UHGV virus genome: UHGV-0065555
Reading direction: 5' to 3' (one strand)
DNA: 15,910 nt
From: a virus
Made by a program: the position numbers and the translations under genes. Shown here piece after piece: positions 8,120-15,910 of the stretch. A model generated the notes under the pieces. That model made no database searches. It was given only the letters and a program-made list of their open reading frames with translations, and was not told the origin of the DNA. Each line of letters opens with the position of its first letter. Position 1 is the stretch's first letter.

Positions 8120-10530
8120 GCCATGCCGATATGAACAACTGCTGCGGCTTTAACGAGGCTGCCGCAGCGTTCTCATGGAACAGCCCGAAAAAGGCCATTA
8201 ACCCTTATCTGGACCCGGCGGAAGTTGCGCCGGTTTCTGCGCTTTCAAACCTGATCGCTCTGTACGCTGCCGATAACGAGCAGGAACACCTGCGCCGCGA
8301 GGCACTGAGTGATCAGGTCTGGGAGCGTTATTTCTTTAATGAATCCCGTGATCCTGTCCAGCGCGAAATGGAGCAGGATAAGCTCATTAGTCGGGCAAAG
8401 CTGGCGCATGAGCAGCAGCGTTTTAATCCAGATATGGTCATTCTGGCGGACGTCAATGCCCAGCCTTCCCATATCAGCAAGCCGCTGATGCAACGTATTG
8501 AATACTTCAGCAGCTTGGGCAGGCCAAAGGCTTATTCCCGCTATTTGCGTGAGACGATTAAGCCATGTTTGGAGCGACTGGAGCATGTACGCGACAGCCA
8601 GCTATCTGCATCTTTTCGTTTTATGGCAAGCCATGTAGGGCTGGACGACCTGCTGATTCTGCCTGAAATGAGTCAGGATCAGGTGAAACGCCTGTCTACT
8701 CTTGTCGCTGCGCATATGAGCATGTGTCTTGATGCCGCTTGTGGTGATTTGTACGCCACCGATGATGTTAAGCCAGAAGAAATCCGCAAGACATGGGAAA
8801 AGGTGGCAGCAGAAACCCTGCGACTGGATGTTATCCCGCCTGCGTTTGAGCAACTTCGTCGGAAAAGAAACCGCCGTAAACCCGTGCCCTATGAACTCAT
8901 TCCGGGTTCGCTGGCGCGTATGTTGTGCGCCGATTGGTGGTACCGGAAATTATGGAAGATGCGTTGCGAATGGCGGGAAGAGCAGTTGCGTGCTGTTTGC
9001 CTGGTCAGCAAAAAAGCATCTCCCTATGTCAGCTATGAAGCCGTGATGCATAAACGTGAGCAGCGCCGTAAGTCGCTGGAGTTTTTCCGTTCTCATGAAC
9101 TGGTGAACGAAGACGGCGACACGCTGGACATGGAGGATGTGGTAAACGCCAGCAGCAGCAACCCGGCGCATCGCCGCAATGAGATGATGGCCTGTGTTAA
9201 AGGTCTGGAGCTTATCGCAGAAATGCGCAGTGACTGTGCCGTTTTCTACACTATCACCTGTCCGTCGCGTTTCCATTCCACGCTCAATAACGGCAGACCA
9301 AACCCGACCTGGACAAACGCGACGGTAAGACAAAGCAGCGATTATCTGGTCGGCATGTTTGCTGCATTTCGTAAGGCTATGCACAAAGCCGGGTTGCGCT
9401 GGTATGGCGTGCGGGTGGCTGAACCGCATCATGACGGCACAGTTCACTGGCACCTGTTGTGTTTCATGCGCAAAAAAGACCGCCGCGCCATTACTGCATT
9501 GTTGCGTAAGTTTGCCATCCGTGAAGACCGCGAGGAGCTGGGCAATAACACGGGGCCACGCTTTAAGTCTGAGCTGATAAACCCGCGCAAAGGTACGCCA
9601 ACAAGCTACATCGCGAAATACATCAGTAAGAACATTGACGGGCGTGGTCTGGCTGGCGAGATCAGCAAGGAAACGGGTAAATCCCTGCGTGATAACGCTG
9701 AATACGTTAATGCCTGGGCGTCTCTGCATCGTGTTCAGCAATTCCGCTTCTTTGGCATTCCGGGGCGTCAGGCTTACCGTGAACTGCGATTGCTGGCTGG
9801 TCAGGCGGCAAGGCAACAGGGGGACAAAAAAGCAGGTGCGCCGGTACTGGATAACCCGCGCCTTGATGCAATCCTGGCTGCTGCTGATGCTGGTTGTTTT
9901 GCCACCTACATCATGAAGCAGGGCGGCGTACTGGTTCCCCGCAAATATCACCTCATCAGAACTGCTTATGAAATCAACGAAGAGCCGACCGCCTATGGCG
10001 ATCACGGTATTCGTATTTATGGCATCTGGTCACCCATTGCAGAGGGCAAGATCTGCACTCATGCGGTGAAGTGGAAAATGGTTCGTAAGGCCGTTGACGT
10101 TCAGGAGGCGGCAGCCGACCAGGGCGCTTGCGCCCCTTGGACTCGTGGCAATAACTGTCCCCTTGCTGAAAATTTGAACCAACAGGAGAAAGATAAATCA
10201 GCTGATGGGGACCCCAGAACGGACATTACCCGCATGGATGACAAGGTGTTGCACGATTACCTGCACAGTATGAACAAAAAGGAGCGCCGGGAATTGGCTG
10301 CAAGGTTACGTCTGGTGAAACCGAAACGGCGTAGAGACTACAAACAGCGAATTACAGACCATCAACGACAGCAGCTCGTCTATGAACTGAAATCCAGAGG
10401 ATTTGATGGCAGCGAGAAAGAGGTCGATTTACTCCTTCGCGGCGGCAGTATTCCGTCAGGAGCAGGCCTGCGTATCTTCTATCGGAACCAGCGTTTGCAG
10501 GAAGATGATAAGTGGCGGAACCTGTATTAA
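8116..10530 (+). CDS. A: Replication initiation endonuclease gpA (rolling-circle HUH nuclease)
   Basis: 804 aa; tandem-tyrosine motif YIAKYISK and histidine-rich H-x-H region (HHDGTVHWH); start overlaps the dam stop (ATGA). Size and position match P2/186 gene A. Confidence 0.85.
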   Translation: MSHADMNNCCGFNEAAAAFSWNSPKKAINPYLDPAEVAPVSALSNLIALYAADNEQEHLRREALSDQVWERYFFNESRDPVQREMEQDKLISRAKLAHEQQRFNPDMVILADVNAQPSHISKPLMQRIEYFSSLGRPKAYSRYLRETIKPCLERLEHVRDSQLSASFRFMASHVGLDDLLILPEMSQDQVKRLSTLVAAHMSMCLDAACGDLYATDDVKPEEIRKTWEKVAAETLRLDVIPPAFEQLRRKRNRRKPVPYELIPGSLARMLCADWWYRKLWKMRCEWREEQLRAVCLVSKKASPYVSYEAVMHKREQRRKSLEFFRSHELVNEDGDTLDMEDVVNASSSNPAHRRNEMMACVKGLELIAEMRSDCAVFYTITCPSRFHSTLNNGRPNPTWTNATVRQSSDYLVGMFAAFRKAMHKAGLRWYGVRVAEPHHDGTVHWHLLCFMRKKDRRAITALLRKFAIREDREELGNNTGPRFKSELINPRKGTPTSYIAKYISKNIDGRGLAGEISKETGKSLRDNAEYVNAWASLHRVQQFRFFGIPGRQAYRELRLLAGQAARQQGDKKAGAPVLDNPRLDAILAAADAGCFATYIMKQGGVLVPRKYHLIRTAYEINEEPTAYGDHGIRIYGIWSPIAEGKICTHAVKWKMVRKAVDVQEAAADQGACAPWTRGNNCPLAENLNQQEKDKSADGDPRTDITRMDDKVLHDYLHSMNKKERRELAARLRLVKPKRRRDYKQRITDHQRQQLVYELKSRGFDGSEKEVDLLLRGGSIPSGAGLRIFYRNQRLQEDDKWRNLY

Positions 10531-10624
10531 TTACGCTGGTTAACAATTCGTGCTCTTAATAATATCAGGCATATCAGGCTGATAAGCGTAAAAAAAAACG
10601 TTTTACATCAGTAAGATTATTATA

Positions 10625-10644
10625 TACTGTAAATATAAACAGTG
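10625..10644 (+). promoter_or_regulatory. LexA (SOS) box overlapping a candidate -10 element
   Basis: TACTGTAAATATAAACAGTG fits CTGT-N8-ACAG with an AT-rich spacer; lies about 40 bp upstream of the ATG at 10686; a TTTACA -35-like hexamer sits upstream. Confidence 0.6.
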
Positions 10645-10685
10645 GTTATACATACAGTATTGCGTGTGGTGTCATAGGAGGAAAG

Positions 10686-10874
10686 ATGCAGGACTATTTT
10701 TTGGAGTCTTTGAAGCTCCAGCGCATTGATTTTTTTCTTAAGCTTGTAGCGGCTAGTGAGTGCGATGATGAAGAGAAGCGGCTTGCTATCCAGTGGGTTT
10801 CGGAGCTGACCGATGAGTTAATGGCGAAAATCCGTACTCATGAGTACAACCGTTCAATGGATCTCCCCGGTTAG
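10686..10874 (+). CDS. Small acidic protein under the putative LexA-controlled promoter
   Basis: 62 aa; AGGAGG RBS 4 nt before the ATG; followed by an imperfect hairpin at 10891-10923. Confidence 0.45.
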   Translation: MQDYFLESLKLQRIDFFLKLVAASECDDEEKRLAIQWVSELTDELMAKIRTHEYNRSMDLPG

Positions 10875-11459
10875 GCTTAGAAACGTTGCTGGCGTTAGGA
10901 CTTGATTCTGACGCTAGCAAGGTTGATCAACGAGCCATGCGAGGCGTTAGTCATGGGCAAAAAAATAGTAACTTCCAGATTTTGCTTCGTGCCAGGTATT
11001 GAGTAGTTTTATCGCCAGAGGGGCTGTTAGCGCTCAAACTACTAATGGAGCCACACCTTAGATGAGTGATTTGGCTTAAGCTATGATTATATAGTTTCGC
11101 TGTACGGCGGCCTTGCTTTTTATTGAAGCGACCAGACTGGAACAACGGCGAAAGGAGACTAACGATACGCACCAGTTTTTTGAAAAGGTACAGTTATCTA
11201 GATTGGTTGCCAATTTTCGTTGAAACCTGACATACCATTAGGTCATTGCTTTAGAAAAATTAATACTTGATGTGAGAATTGCTTCAAAACATCTAGAATT
11301 AAAGTTTCTTTACTAGTATGCTTCATCACTTGGTCGTTGGGTTGAGTGCAAAAGCTAAGGCTGATGCCCAGTACGCTATCCGCATTATTGCCAGAGAACC
11401 GATTCGAAACCGGAATCTGGCAGAGCATGGGCGCAAGTGCTGGCTTCCCAACGGCCTCG

Positions 11460-12428
11460 TTATTTATAATATGCTGACTTCAAAACCACTCGTCTTTCAA
11501 CCTGCTGTGATAGCATTACCGCGTTAGTCCAATCTTTTGGATACCTTATTTCTTCTATAACACGAATATAAGCACATACTTTATTTTTTCCCTCTCCTTT
11601 GGCATAAGTAACCTCTAGATTATTAAATTTCAATAAGTGCTCTCTTCTTTGGTAAGTAAAACAGCCGTAATCACGGACATCAGAAGAAGTAATAGCATGA
11701 GTTGAAGGAAACCGAACTAGTAAATTTCTCAAGTAGGGAATAATGTCCAAACTCGTTGCTTTGTTTTCTTCTCTGCGACTCTTTCTGAACATATGTCTCC
11801 AACCCAGCCGTGTAAGCTCGATTTTCCCAAGCACCGGAGATGTGATTTCTTTCTGTTCAGAATAACGTTTTTTAACAAACGCTCGCCGATTATTAAGTAG
11901 TGAGTTTCTTCTTCTTACATGGATTCCTTTTGCTCCAGTTTCACCTGCACGTACCATGGACATACAGCGAGCCAGGTCAAACCGTGTGGCCGGAGTGATT
12001 AAGTGATATTCTCCATAAGTTTGGTTTTTAAGGGTAGTGTTTGGATGTATATAGGCCCAAAATGCTTTACGATTAGTTCTGTCAACCCAAACGACACATA
12101 TATGGTGAGTTGTCCTTTTGGCTGCTTTTTTTGCGGCCGAATTTAATACAAAACCTTTCTCTAATAAATGACCATAAGTTGCCCCTGATTTAACTTGCGA
12201 TAATATAAGCATTCTTTCTTTTGATGCCCATGGATGTTCGAAGGATAATATTAAATCTATTTTTGAATTGTCGTCTTCCCTGGAACCCCAGTGCCCCTCT
12301 CCTCTACAAGCAAGAATGAATTGACTCATTGCATAAGATTCGGCGTCACTGCCGTTAACTGAGTTAAACTGTCTTGTTTCTAGCACAGTTGGTATTGGTC
12401 GTGATGCAAGTAAACTGAAAGATCCCAC
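11460..12428 (-). CDS. AT-rich cargo protein of unknown function, possible PD-(D/E)xK-like nuclease fold
   Basis: 322 aa; GTG start at 12428 with a GGAGAG RBS 8 nt upstream (first in-frame ATG would be at about 12329). Strongly AT-rich relative to phage core genes. N-terminal segment KIDLILSFEHPW...LILSQVK could be a degenerate D...(E/Q)xK motif, which is speculative. Basic C-terminal region. Confidence 0.55.
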   Translation of the reverse strand: MGSFSLLASRPIPTVLETRQFNSVNGSDAESYAMSQFILACRGEGHWGSREDDNSKIDLILSFEHPWASKERMLILSQVKSGATYGHLLEKGFVLNSAAKKAAKRTTHHICVVWVDRTNRKAFWAYIHPNTTLKNQTYGEYHLITPATRFDLARCMSMVRAGETGAKGIHVRRRNSLLNNRRAFVKKRYSEQKEITSPVLGKIELTRLGWRHMFRKSRREENKATSLDIIPYLRNLLVRFPSTHAITSSDVRDYGCFTYQRREHLLKFNNLEVTYAKGEGKNKVCAYIRVIEEIRYPKDWTNAVMLSQQVERRVVLKSAYYK

Positions 12429-12501
12429 TTATAGTTCTCTCCAAAAAATTGCATAATCTTGAACGCTAAAAAATAGTATACAAACTAAAGTATTTTTTCA
12501 T

Positions 12502-12720
12502 TTAATTCAATGTATTGGCTAAAATTAAGACATTTATAGCTATATGTACTAGATAACATAGCGTTGTTTTCCTTTTGAAATCTCTTCTTGTGGTAACACA
12601 ACAGTATTTACTCAAGTAGTTTGTCACTGCATGGGGAGATTTTGCTATGTCCGCGGCATCATACAGATGCGATAGATTTTCAGCATGACCTTGGGTAGCA
12701 AATCTGTAGGTATCATCCAT
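12502..12720 (-). CDS. Small hypothetical protein upstream of the 322-aa gene
   Basis: 72 aa; ATG at 12720 with a GAGGTG RBS 2-3 nt upstream; no recognisable motif; may be spurious. Confidence 0.3.
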   Translation of the reverse strand: MDDTYRFATQGHAENLSHLYDAADIAKSPHAVTNYLSKYCCVTTRRDFKRKTTLCYLVHIAINVLILANTLN

Positions 12721-12860
12721 TGCACCTCAAAGTAACTCTGGTGCATACCTATGCTGCATGAAAATGAATGATCGCTAGTGGATCGTTTAAGTCGAAGCCT
12801 GCCAGTTCTGACGAGCTTTTGCTTATGTTATGCAACTGCATGAAAACCACTACACAAAGC

Positions 12861-12890
12861 GGGCAGGCGTGGCGGGGATACGAGCGCGCG
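12861..12890. other. Candidate cos (cohesive-end) site of the prophage
   Basis: GGCGTGGCGGGGATACGAGCGCGCGCT at 12867 resembles the P2/186 cohesive-end region as I recall it (P2 GGCGAGGCGGGGAAAGCAC, 186 GGCGTGGCGGGGAAAGCAT); it lies between A and Q where cos is expected. Match is partial and from memory. Confidence 0.35.
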
Positions 12891-13036
12891 CTAAGTCATA
12901 TAAGAGTTATATATTGATTTGATTGCTGGACATGCATACAGTATCGCTCTATCATCTAATAAATCTTAGAGTATTTGGCAATGTTTGGATAAAATGGAAC
13001 CTAACTTATTCATAATCCGCTAAACAGGGATGTCAG

Positions 13037-13951
13037 ATGCCATACCAATTGGTAGAGCTTAGCCCCGTAGCTAACGATCTTGAACAGTTAGGAACCAAAG
13101 AGAAGTTTTGGTTCTATTTCTCCGATGACACTGTAAATTTGCAGTTGTTTAAGTACTCTAGGCCAGGTACTGGCGAGCATTGGTCTGAAAAGTGTGCTGC
13201 TGAGTTATGTCATTTGCTTAACATTCCACATGCTAGCTATGATTTGGCGCGATACAATGGTCGATTCGGTGTGGTGACTCAGAATATCATTCCATCTGGT
13301 TTCCGGATGGTAATGGGAAATGAAGTGCTTCACAGTTCGACATTCGATTATCCTGGGCCTTTACAAGCCGGGGAAAAGCCGGTAAGGGTCAGAGAACACA
13401 CTGTCACAAGGGTATTGGGTTGTTTGGATAGGGAATCTATCAAGCCTCCTCCGAGTGTATATGATCTAACCGGGCTAAATGCAGCAGATGTATTTTGTGG
13501 ATATTTGATGCTCGATGCACTTGTGAGTAATCAAGATCGCCATCATGAAAATTGGGCGATCATGCTTAACAATGAAACTGGTGAGCAGTTTTTGTGTCCA
13601 ACATACGATCATGCCGCTAGTTTAGGAAGGGAGATGTTAGATGATGAGCGTAACGAACGGCTTAATACTAAAGATAAAAATCGACAAATCCCATGTTTTG
13701 TAAGAAAAGCTCGCTCTGAGCTATTCAAAGCAAAAACTGATAAAAAGCCCTTGCTGACCGTTGAAGCATTTCAACATGCAGTTGAAGGGAGAGTTGCCGC
13801 TCGCGACCATTGGTTAGGTAAGTTGAGCGTTTTAACAGAAGATTCCATTACAGATGTGTTTAACCAAGTGCCTTCATCGTGTATATCCGACAGTGCACGT
13901 AGATTTGCAACGTTAATGGTAATGGAAAATCGCAGAAGGTTACTAGAATGA
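13037..13951 (+). CDS. HipA-family Ser/Thr kinase, core kinase domain only (HipT-like)
   Basis: 304 aa. Gly-rich/ATP loop LGTKEKF (HipA ..AGAQEK..); catalytic loop LVSNQDRHHENWAIM (HipA ..GATDGHAKNFSV..); Mg-binding CPTYD (HipA ..TPFYD..). Lacks the HipA N-subdomain. AGGGA RBS. Confidence 0.8.
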   Translation: MPYQLVELSPVANDLEQLGTKEKFWFYFSDDTVNLQLFKYSRPGTGEHWSEKCAAELCHLLNIPHASYDLARYNGRFGVVTQNIIPSGFRMVMGNEVLHSSTFDYPGPLQAGEKPVRVREHTVTRVLGCLDRESIKPPPSVYDLTGLNAADVFCGYLMLDALVSNQDRHHENWAIMLNNETGEQFLCPTYDHAASLGREMLDDERNERLNTKDKNRQIPCFVRKARSELFKAKTDKKPLLTVEAFQHAVEGRVAARDHWLGKLSVLTEDSITDVFNQVPSSCISDSARRFATLMVMENRRRLLE

Positions 13952-14688
13952 CTAATACAAACTCCGTTTACGTCGCATGGCAGGCACCAGATACCAGAGA
14001 CTGGCATGTTGTTGGTAACTTGCAAGAGCGCAAATCGGGGTATGTTTTCAGGTATACCAAAGGTGCTCTTAAATCTACTAAATTTACAAAGTTTAGCGGC
14101 ATGAGTGATGTTCGTGAAACTTATGTTTCGGAAGAATTGTTTCCTCTTTTTAAAAATCGCCTTTTATCACCGAGACGTCCAGAGTATCCGAGTTTCATTA
14201 AATGGCTTGGATTTGAAGAAGATAAGGTAAATCCTATCGATATTCTTGCTCGCTCGGGAGGCTTACGAAGCACTGATCAGCTGCAGATTTTCAAAAAAAT
14301 TGATGTTGATTCTGATGGTAACTTTGAGCATTTTTTCTTCTTACATGGACTTGGTTACTTAAATAGCTTAGCTAATGCTCGTGTATCTGAATTGAAACCG
14401 GGGCAAATTTTGCGTCTTTGCTTGGATCTTCAAAATGAATACGATGGGGATGCTGTTGTCGTTCGTGCAGATAAACCAGCTGAAATCGTTGGTTACTGCC
14501 CTAGGTATTTAAGTAATGATATCAAGAAGATGTTATTGGATGATCCAAAATCAATCACTTTAACGGTCGAAAAGATTAGCGATGATGCTCCTCATAACTA
14601 TCGGTTATTATGTAAATTATCAGGAGTACTAAGCCAAGCCTGTCAATCGACGCTGATTCCTCAGGATGAGTTTGAACCTATTGAGTAA
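13948..14688 (+). CDS. HipA N-subdomain-like (HipS-like) protein fused to a C-terminal HIRAN domain
   Basis: 246 aa; ATG overlaps the kinase stop (ATGA). N-terminal part aligns by eye to HipA residues about 10-100 (VGNLQERKSGYVFRY vs VGELTKLANGAHTFKY; LFPLFKNRLLSPRRPE vs FNFFDNLLPDSP; DILARSGG vs DLLSEIGRD). C-terminal part GQILRLCLDLQNEYDGDAVVVRADKPAEIVGYCPRYLSNDIKKMLL fits the HIRAN consensus. Confidence 0.7.
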   Translation: MTNTNSVYVAWQAPDTRDWHVVGNLQERKSGYVFRYTKGALKSTKFTKFSGMSDVRETYVSEELFPLFKNRLLSPRRPEYPSFIKWLGFEEDKVNPIDILARSGGLRSTDQLQIFKKIDVDSDGNFEHFFFLHGLGYLNSLANARVSELKPGQILRLCLDLQNEYDGDAVVVRADKPAEIVGYCPRYLSNDIKKMLLDDPKSITLTVEKISDDAPHNYRLLCKLSGVLSQACQSTLIPQDEFEPIE

Positions 14689-14694
14689 ATGAAG

Positions 14695-14718
14695 AAAAGC
14701 CACCAAACGGTGGCTTTT
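14695..14718. terminator. Bidirectional rho-independent terminator shared by the convergent HipS-HIRAN gene and Q
   Basis: aaaaGCCACCaaacGGTGGCtttt: perfect 6-bp GC stem flanked by an A-run and a T-run. Confidence 0.65.
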
Positions 14719-14722
14719 CTTA

Positions 14723-15760
14723 TTATGGGACTATATCTAGCGAGTAGGTATTAAACTGTATCGCCTCCTTGCCAAGCCAATCATTCATCTCCTGTAATCG
14801 CTTTTGTAGTGGCATTAGCTCATTTCGGACGAATACACGGCTTGCCTTTTCCACATCCCCAAACCCCCCAACATTATTCGGCATAATCCCCATCATTTGC
14901 GGCGGCACGCGGTGCGCTGCCATCATGTCATCCCGACTCACGTTCTTGATGTTAAGAAATTCATCCTTCGCCGCGACTTCTGACAATGGGATGATCTGAA
15001 GCCCGTCTTTTTTGCCGTTAGGTGAGTACATAAACAGGTTGCGGAAGTTGCCTGGACCTTTGGCGCTTTTCATCGCGTTGCGGAGGTTGTTCACATCCTC
15101 CTGATTCTGCGCGGCATCGGTCATGTACATGATGAAGCCTGCATGGCTGCCGTTAATGTAATACTTACGGCGGAACAACGTGGCGGACTCGTTGAGCAGG
15201 GCTGACGGAATGGCAGAAAGATAACCGGGCAGGCCGTAGATCTCCTGGTTGATATCCGGTTCCATCAGATGAAAGATGCTGCCTTTCGTGAACTGATACG
15301 GCTGCGTAGTCATGCCGTATTGCACAAACCAGTAGGTATCCAGGTCTAACCCGCGTCGGGTGTATTTTGCCAGAGCAGGCTCAAGGGCGATAACTTCACC
15401 GAAGCGGTTCGTGCGTTTCTCCAGGTAGGCGTTACCAAATACCAGATAGTCCTGCACAAAACGTGAAAAAGCCTGCTGGCTGAGCAGCGGGTGGGGGATG
15501 TAGGTACTGGTCAGAATGTTGCATTTCACCGCAATTGGTGAACTGTGATGCACGGCGGCGCGGAAGGTGCGCGCCAGTCCGTCAAAGCTTACTGGCGGCT
15601 CATACCAGCGATCTGTCTGTACGCATTCCACATAGTCCAGTAGTTCGCGGCGGTCCAGAACAGGAACGGGATCACCGAAGCTGAATGCTTCGGCTGTAGT
15701 TTGACTTTTATGCTGGATCTGGTTCGTCGACGCAGCGCGGTTCTTCTTACTCTTTCCCAT
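14723..15760 (-). CDS. Q: Portal (capsid vertex) protein gpQ
   Basis: About 345 aa on the minus strand next to the cos region, as for P2 Q; real ATG at 15758-15760 (the ORF-track start at 15763 is TTG); start overlaps the stop of the upstream terminase gene. Confidence 0.8.
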   Translation of the reverse strand: MGKSKKNRAASTNQIQHKSQTTAEAFSFGDPVPVLDRRELLDYVECVQTDRWYEPPVSFDGLARTFRAAVHHSSPIAVKCNILTSTYIPHPLLSQQAFSRFVQDYLVFGNAYLEKRTNRFGEVIALEPALAKYTRRGLDLDTYWFVQYGMTTQPYQFTKGSIFHLMEPDINQEIYGLPGYLSAIPSALLNESATLFRRKYYINGSHAGFIMYMTDAAQNQEDVNNLRNAMKSAKGPGNFRNLFMYSPNGKKDGLQIIPLSEVAAKDEFLNIKNVSRDDMMAAHRVPPQMMGIMPNNVGGFGDVEKASRVFVRNELMPLQKRLQEMNDWLGKEAIQFNTYSLDIVP

Positions 15761-15910
15761 CAAAAAATCTCCACAATATTACTGGTATTGGCGGACTCGC
15801 CCTGCAGTGGTTCGTTAAACAGTGCGTGCATTGTTGCCCAGGCCAGATCGGCGTGGCTGGCTTCTTCGCTGCGGCTGGCTTCATAGGTTGGGCGGTTGCC
15901 ACTGGCGGTG
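15760..15910 (-). CDS. P: Terminase ATPase subunit gpP, 3' end only (5' end outside the window)
   Basis: Minus-strand frame open from the window edge to a TGA at 15760-15762 that overlaps the Q start (TGATG). Call rests on the conserved P-Q order of P2-like phages. Confidence 0.5.
   Translation of the reverse strand, partial: TASGNRPTYEASRSEEASHADLAWATMHALFNEPLQGESANTSNIVEIF

Larger units (their letters stand above)
2476..15910. mobile_element. P2/186-family temperate prophage, int-proximal end through start of late region; continues beyond the window
   Basis: Contiguous int, CI-like, Cox/Apl-like, CII, TraR-like, Dam, gpA, portal gpQ and terminase gpP genes in the P2/186 order, bounded on the left by the tmRNA 3'-end repeat. 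Confidence 0.85.

Noticed and set aside
8950-10005. 351-aa minus-strand ORF
   Set aside because: Lies entirely antisense within gene A; long antisense ORFs are expected in GC-rich coding DNA, and it has no RBS or recognisable motif.
11393-11428. Possible tRNA or tRNA-like element, prompted by a GGTTTCGAATCGG motif on the minus strand
   Set aside because: Only one 5-bp stem with a 7-nt loop inside a longer stem; the loop does not fit the T-loop consensus and there is no acceptor, D or anticodon arm.
10951-11527. ORFs of 61-73 aa in the A-to-cargo spacer (10951-11172, 11243-11428, 11318-11527)
   Set aside because: No ribosome-binding sites and mutually overlapping; treated as non-coding, though a micro-protein cannot be excluded.
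12721-13036. HipB-like HTH antitoxin gene upstream of the kinase
   Set aside because: Looked for a small HTH ORF preceding the kinase as in hipBA/hipBST; none is present, as the interval holds only the cos-like sequence and promoter-like AT-rich DNA.
13771-15886. ORFs antisense to the kinase/HipS junction (13771-14025), to Q (14769-14999) and to the P-Q junction (15701-15886)
   Set aside because: Antisense to well-supported genes.
1-15910. CRISPR arrays, rRNA or intact tRNA genes
   Set aside because: No regularly spaced direct repeats and no cloverleaf-compatible sequence apart from the partial tmRNA 3' end.

Overview
This window appears to be an enterobacterial (E. coli-like) chromosome segment carrying the integrase-proximal half of a P2/186-family temperate prophage inserted at the tmRNA (ssrA) attachment site. 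Left to right: the 3' portion of a type Va autotransporter adhesin gene (1-2315) with terminator; a 45-nt copy of the ssrA 3' end that marks the att core (2476-2520); an AT-rich membrane-protein moron coupled to int; int, a CI-type repressor, a Cox/Apl-like gene and a 186-type CII; small early genes, a TraR/DksA zinc-finger gene, a Dam methyltransferase and the gpA replication endonuclease (to 10530). Between gene A and the portal gene Q (14723-15760) lies about 4.2 kb of accessory cargo split around a candidate cos site (~12867). On the A side there is a LexA-box promoter driving a 62-aa ORF and an AT-rich minus-strand 322-aa protein of unknown function. On the Q side there is a two-gene module: a HipA-family kinase core followed by a HipA-N-subdomain (HipS-like) protein fused to a HIRAN domain. 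These two cargo loci are the best candidates for anti-phage or toxin systems. The window ends in the 3' end of the terminase ATPase gene P. All calls rest on reading the translations and on motifs recalled from memory; no database search was run.
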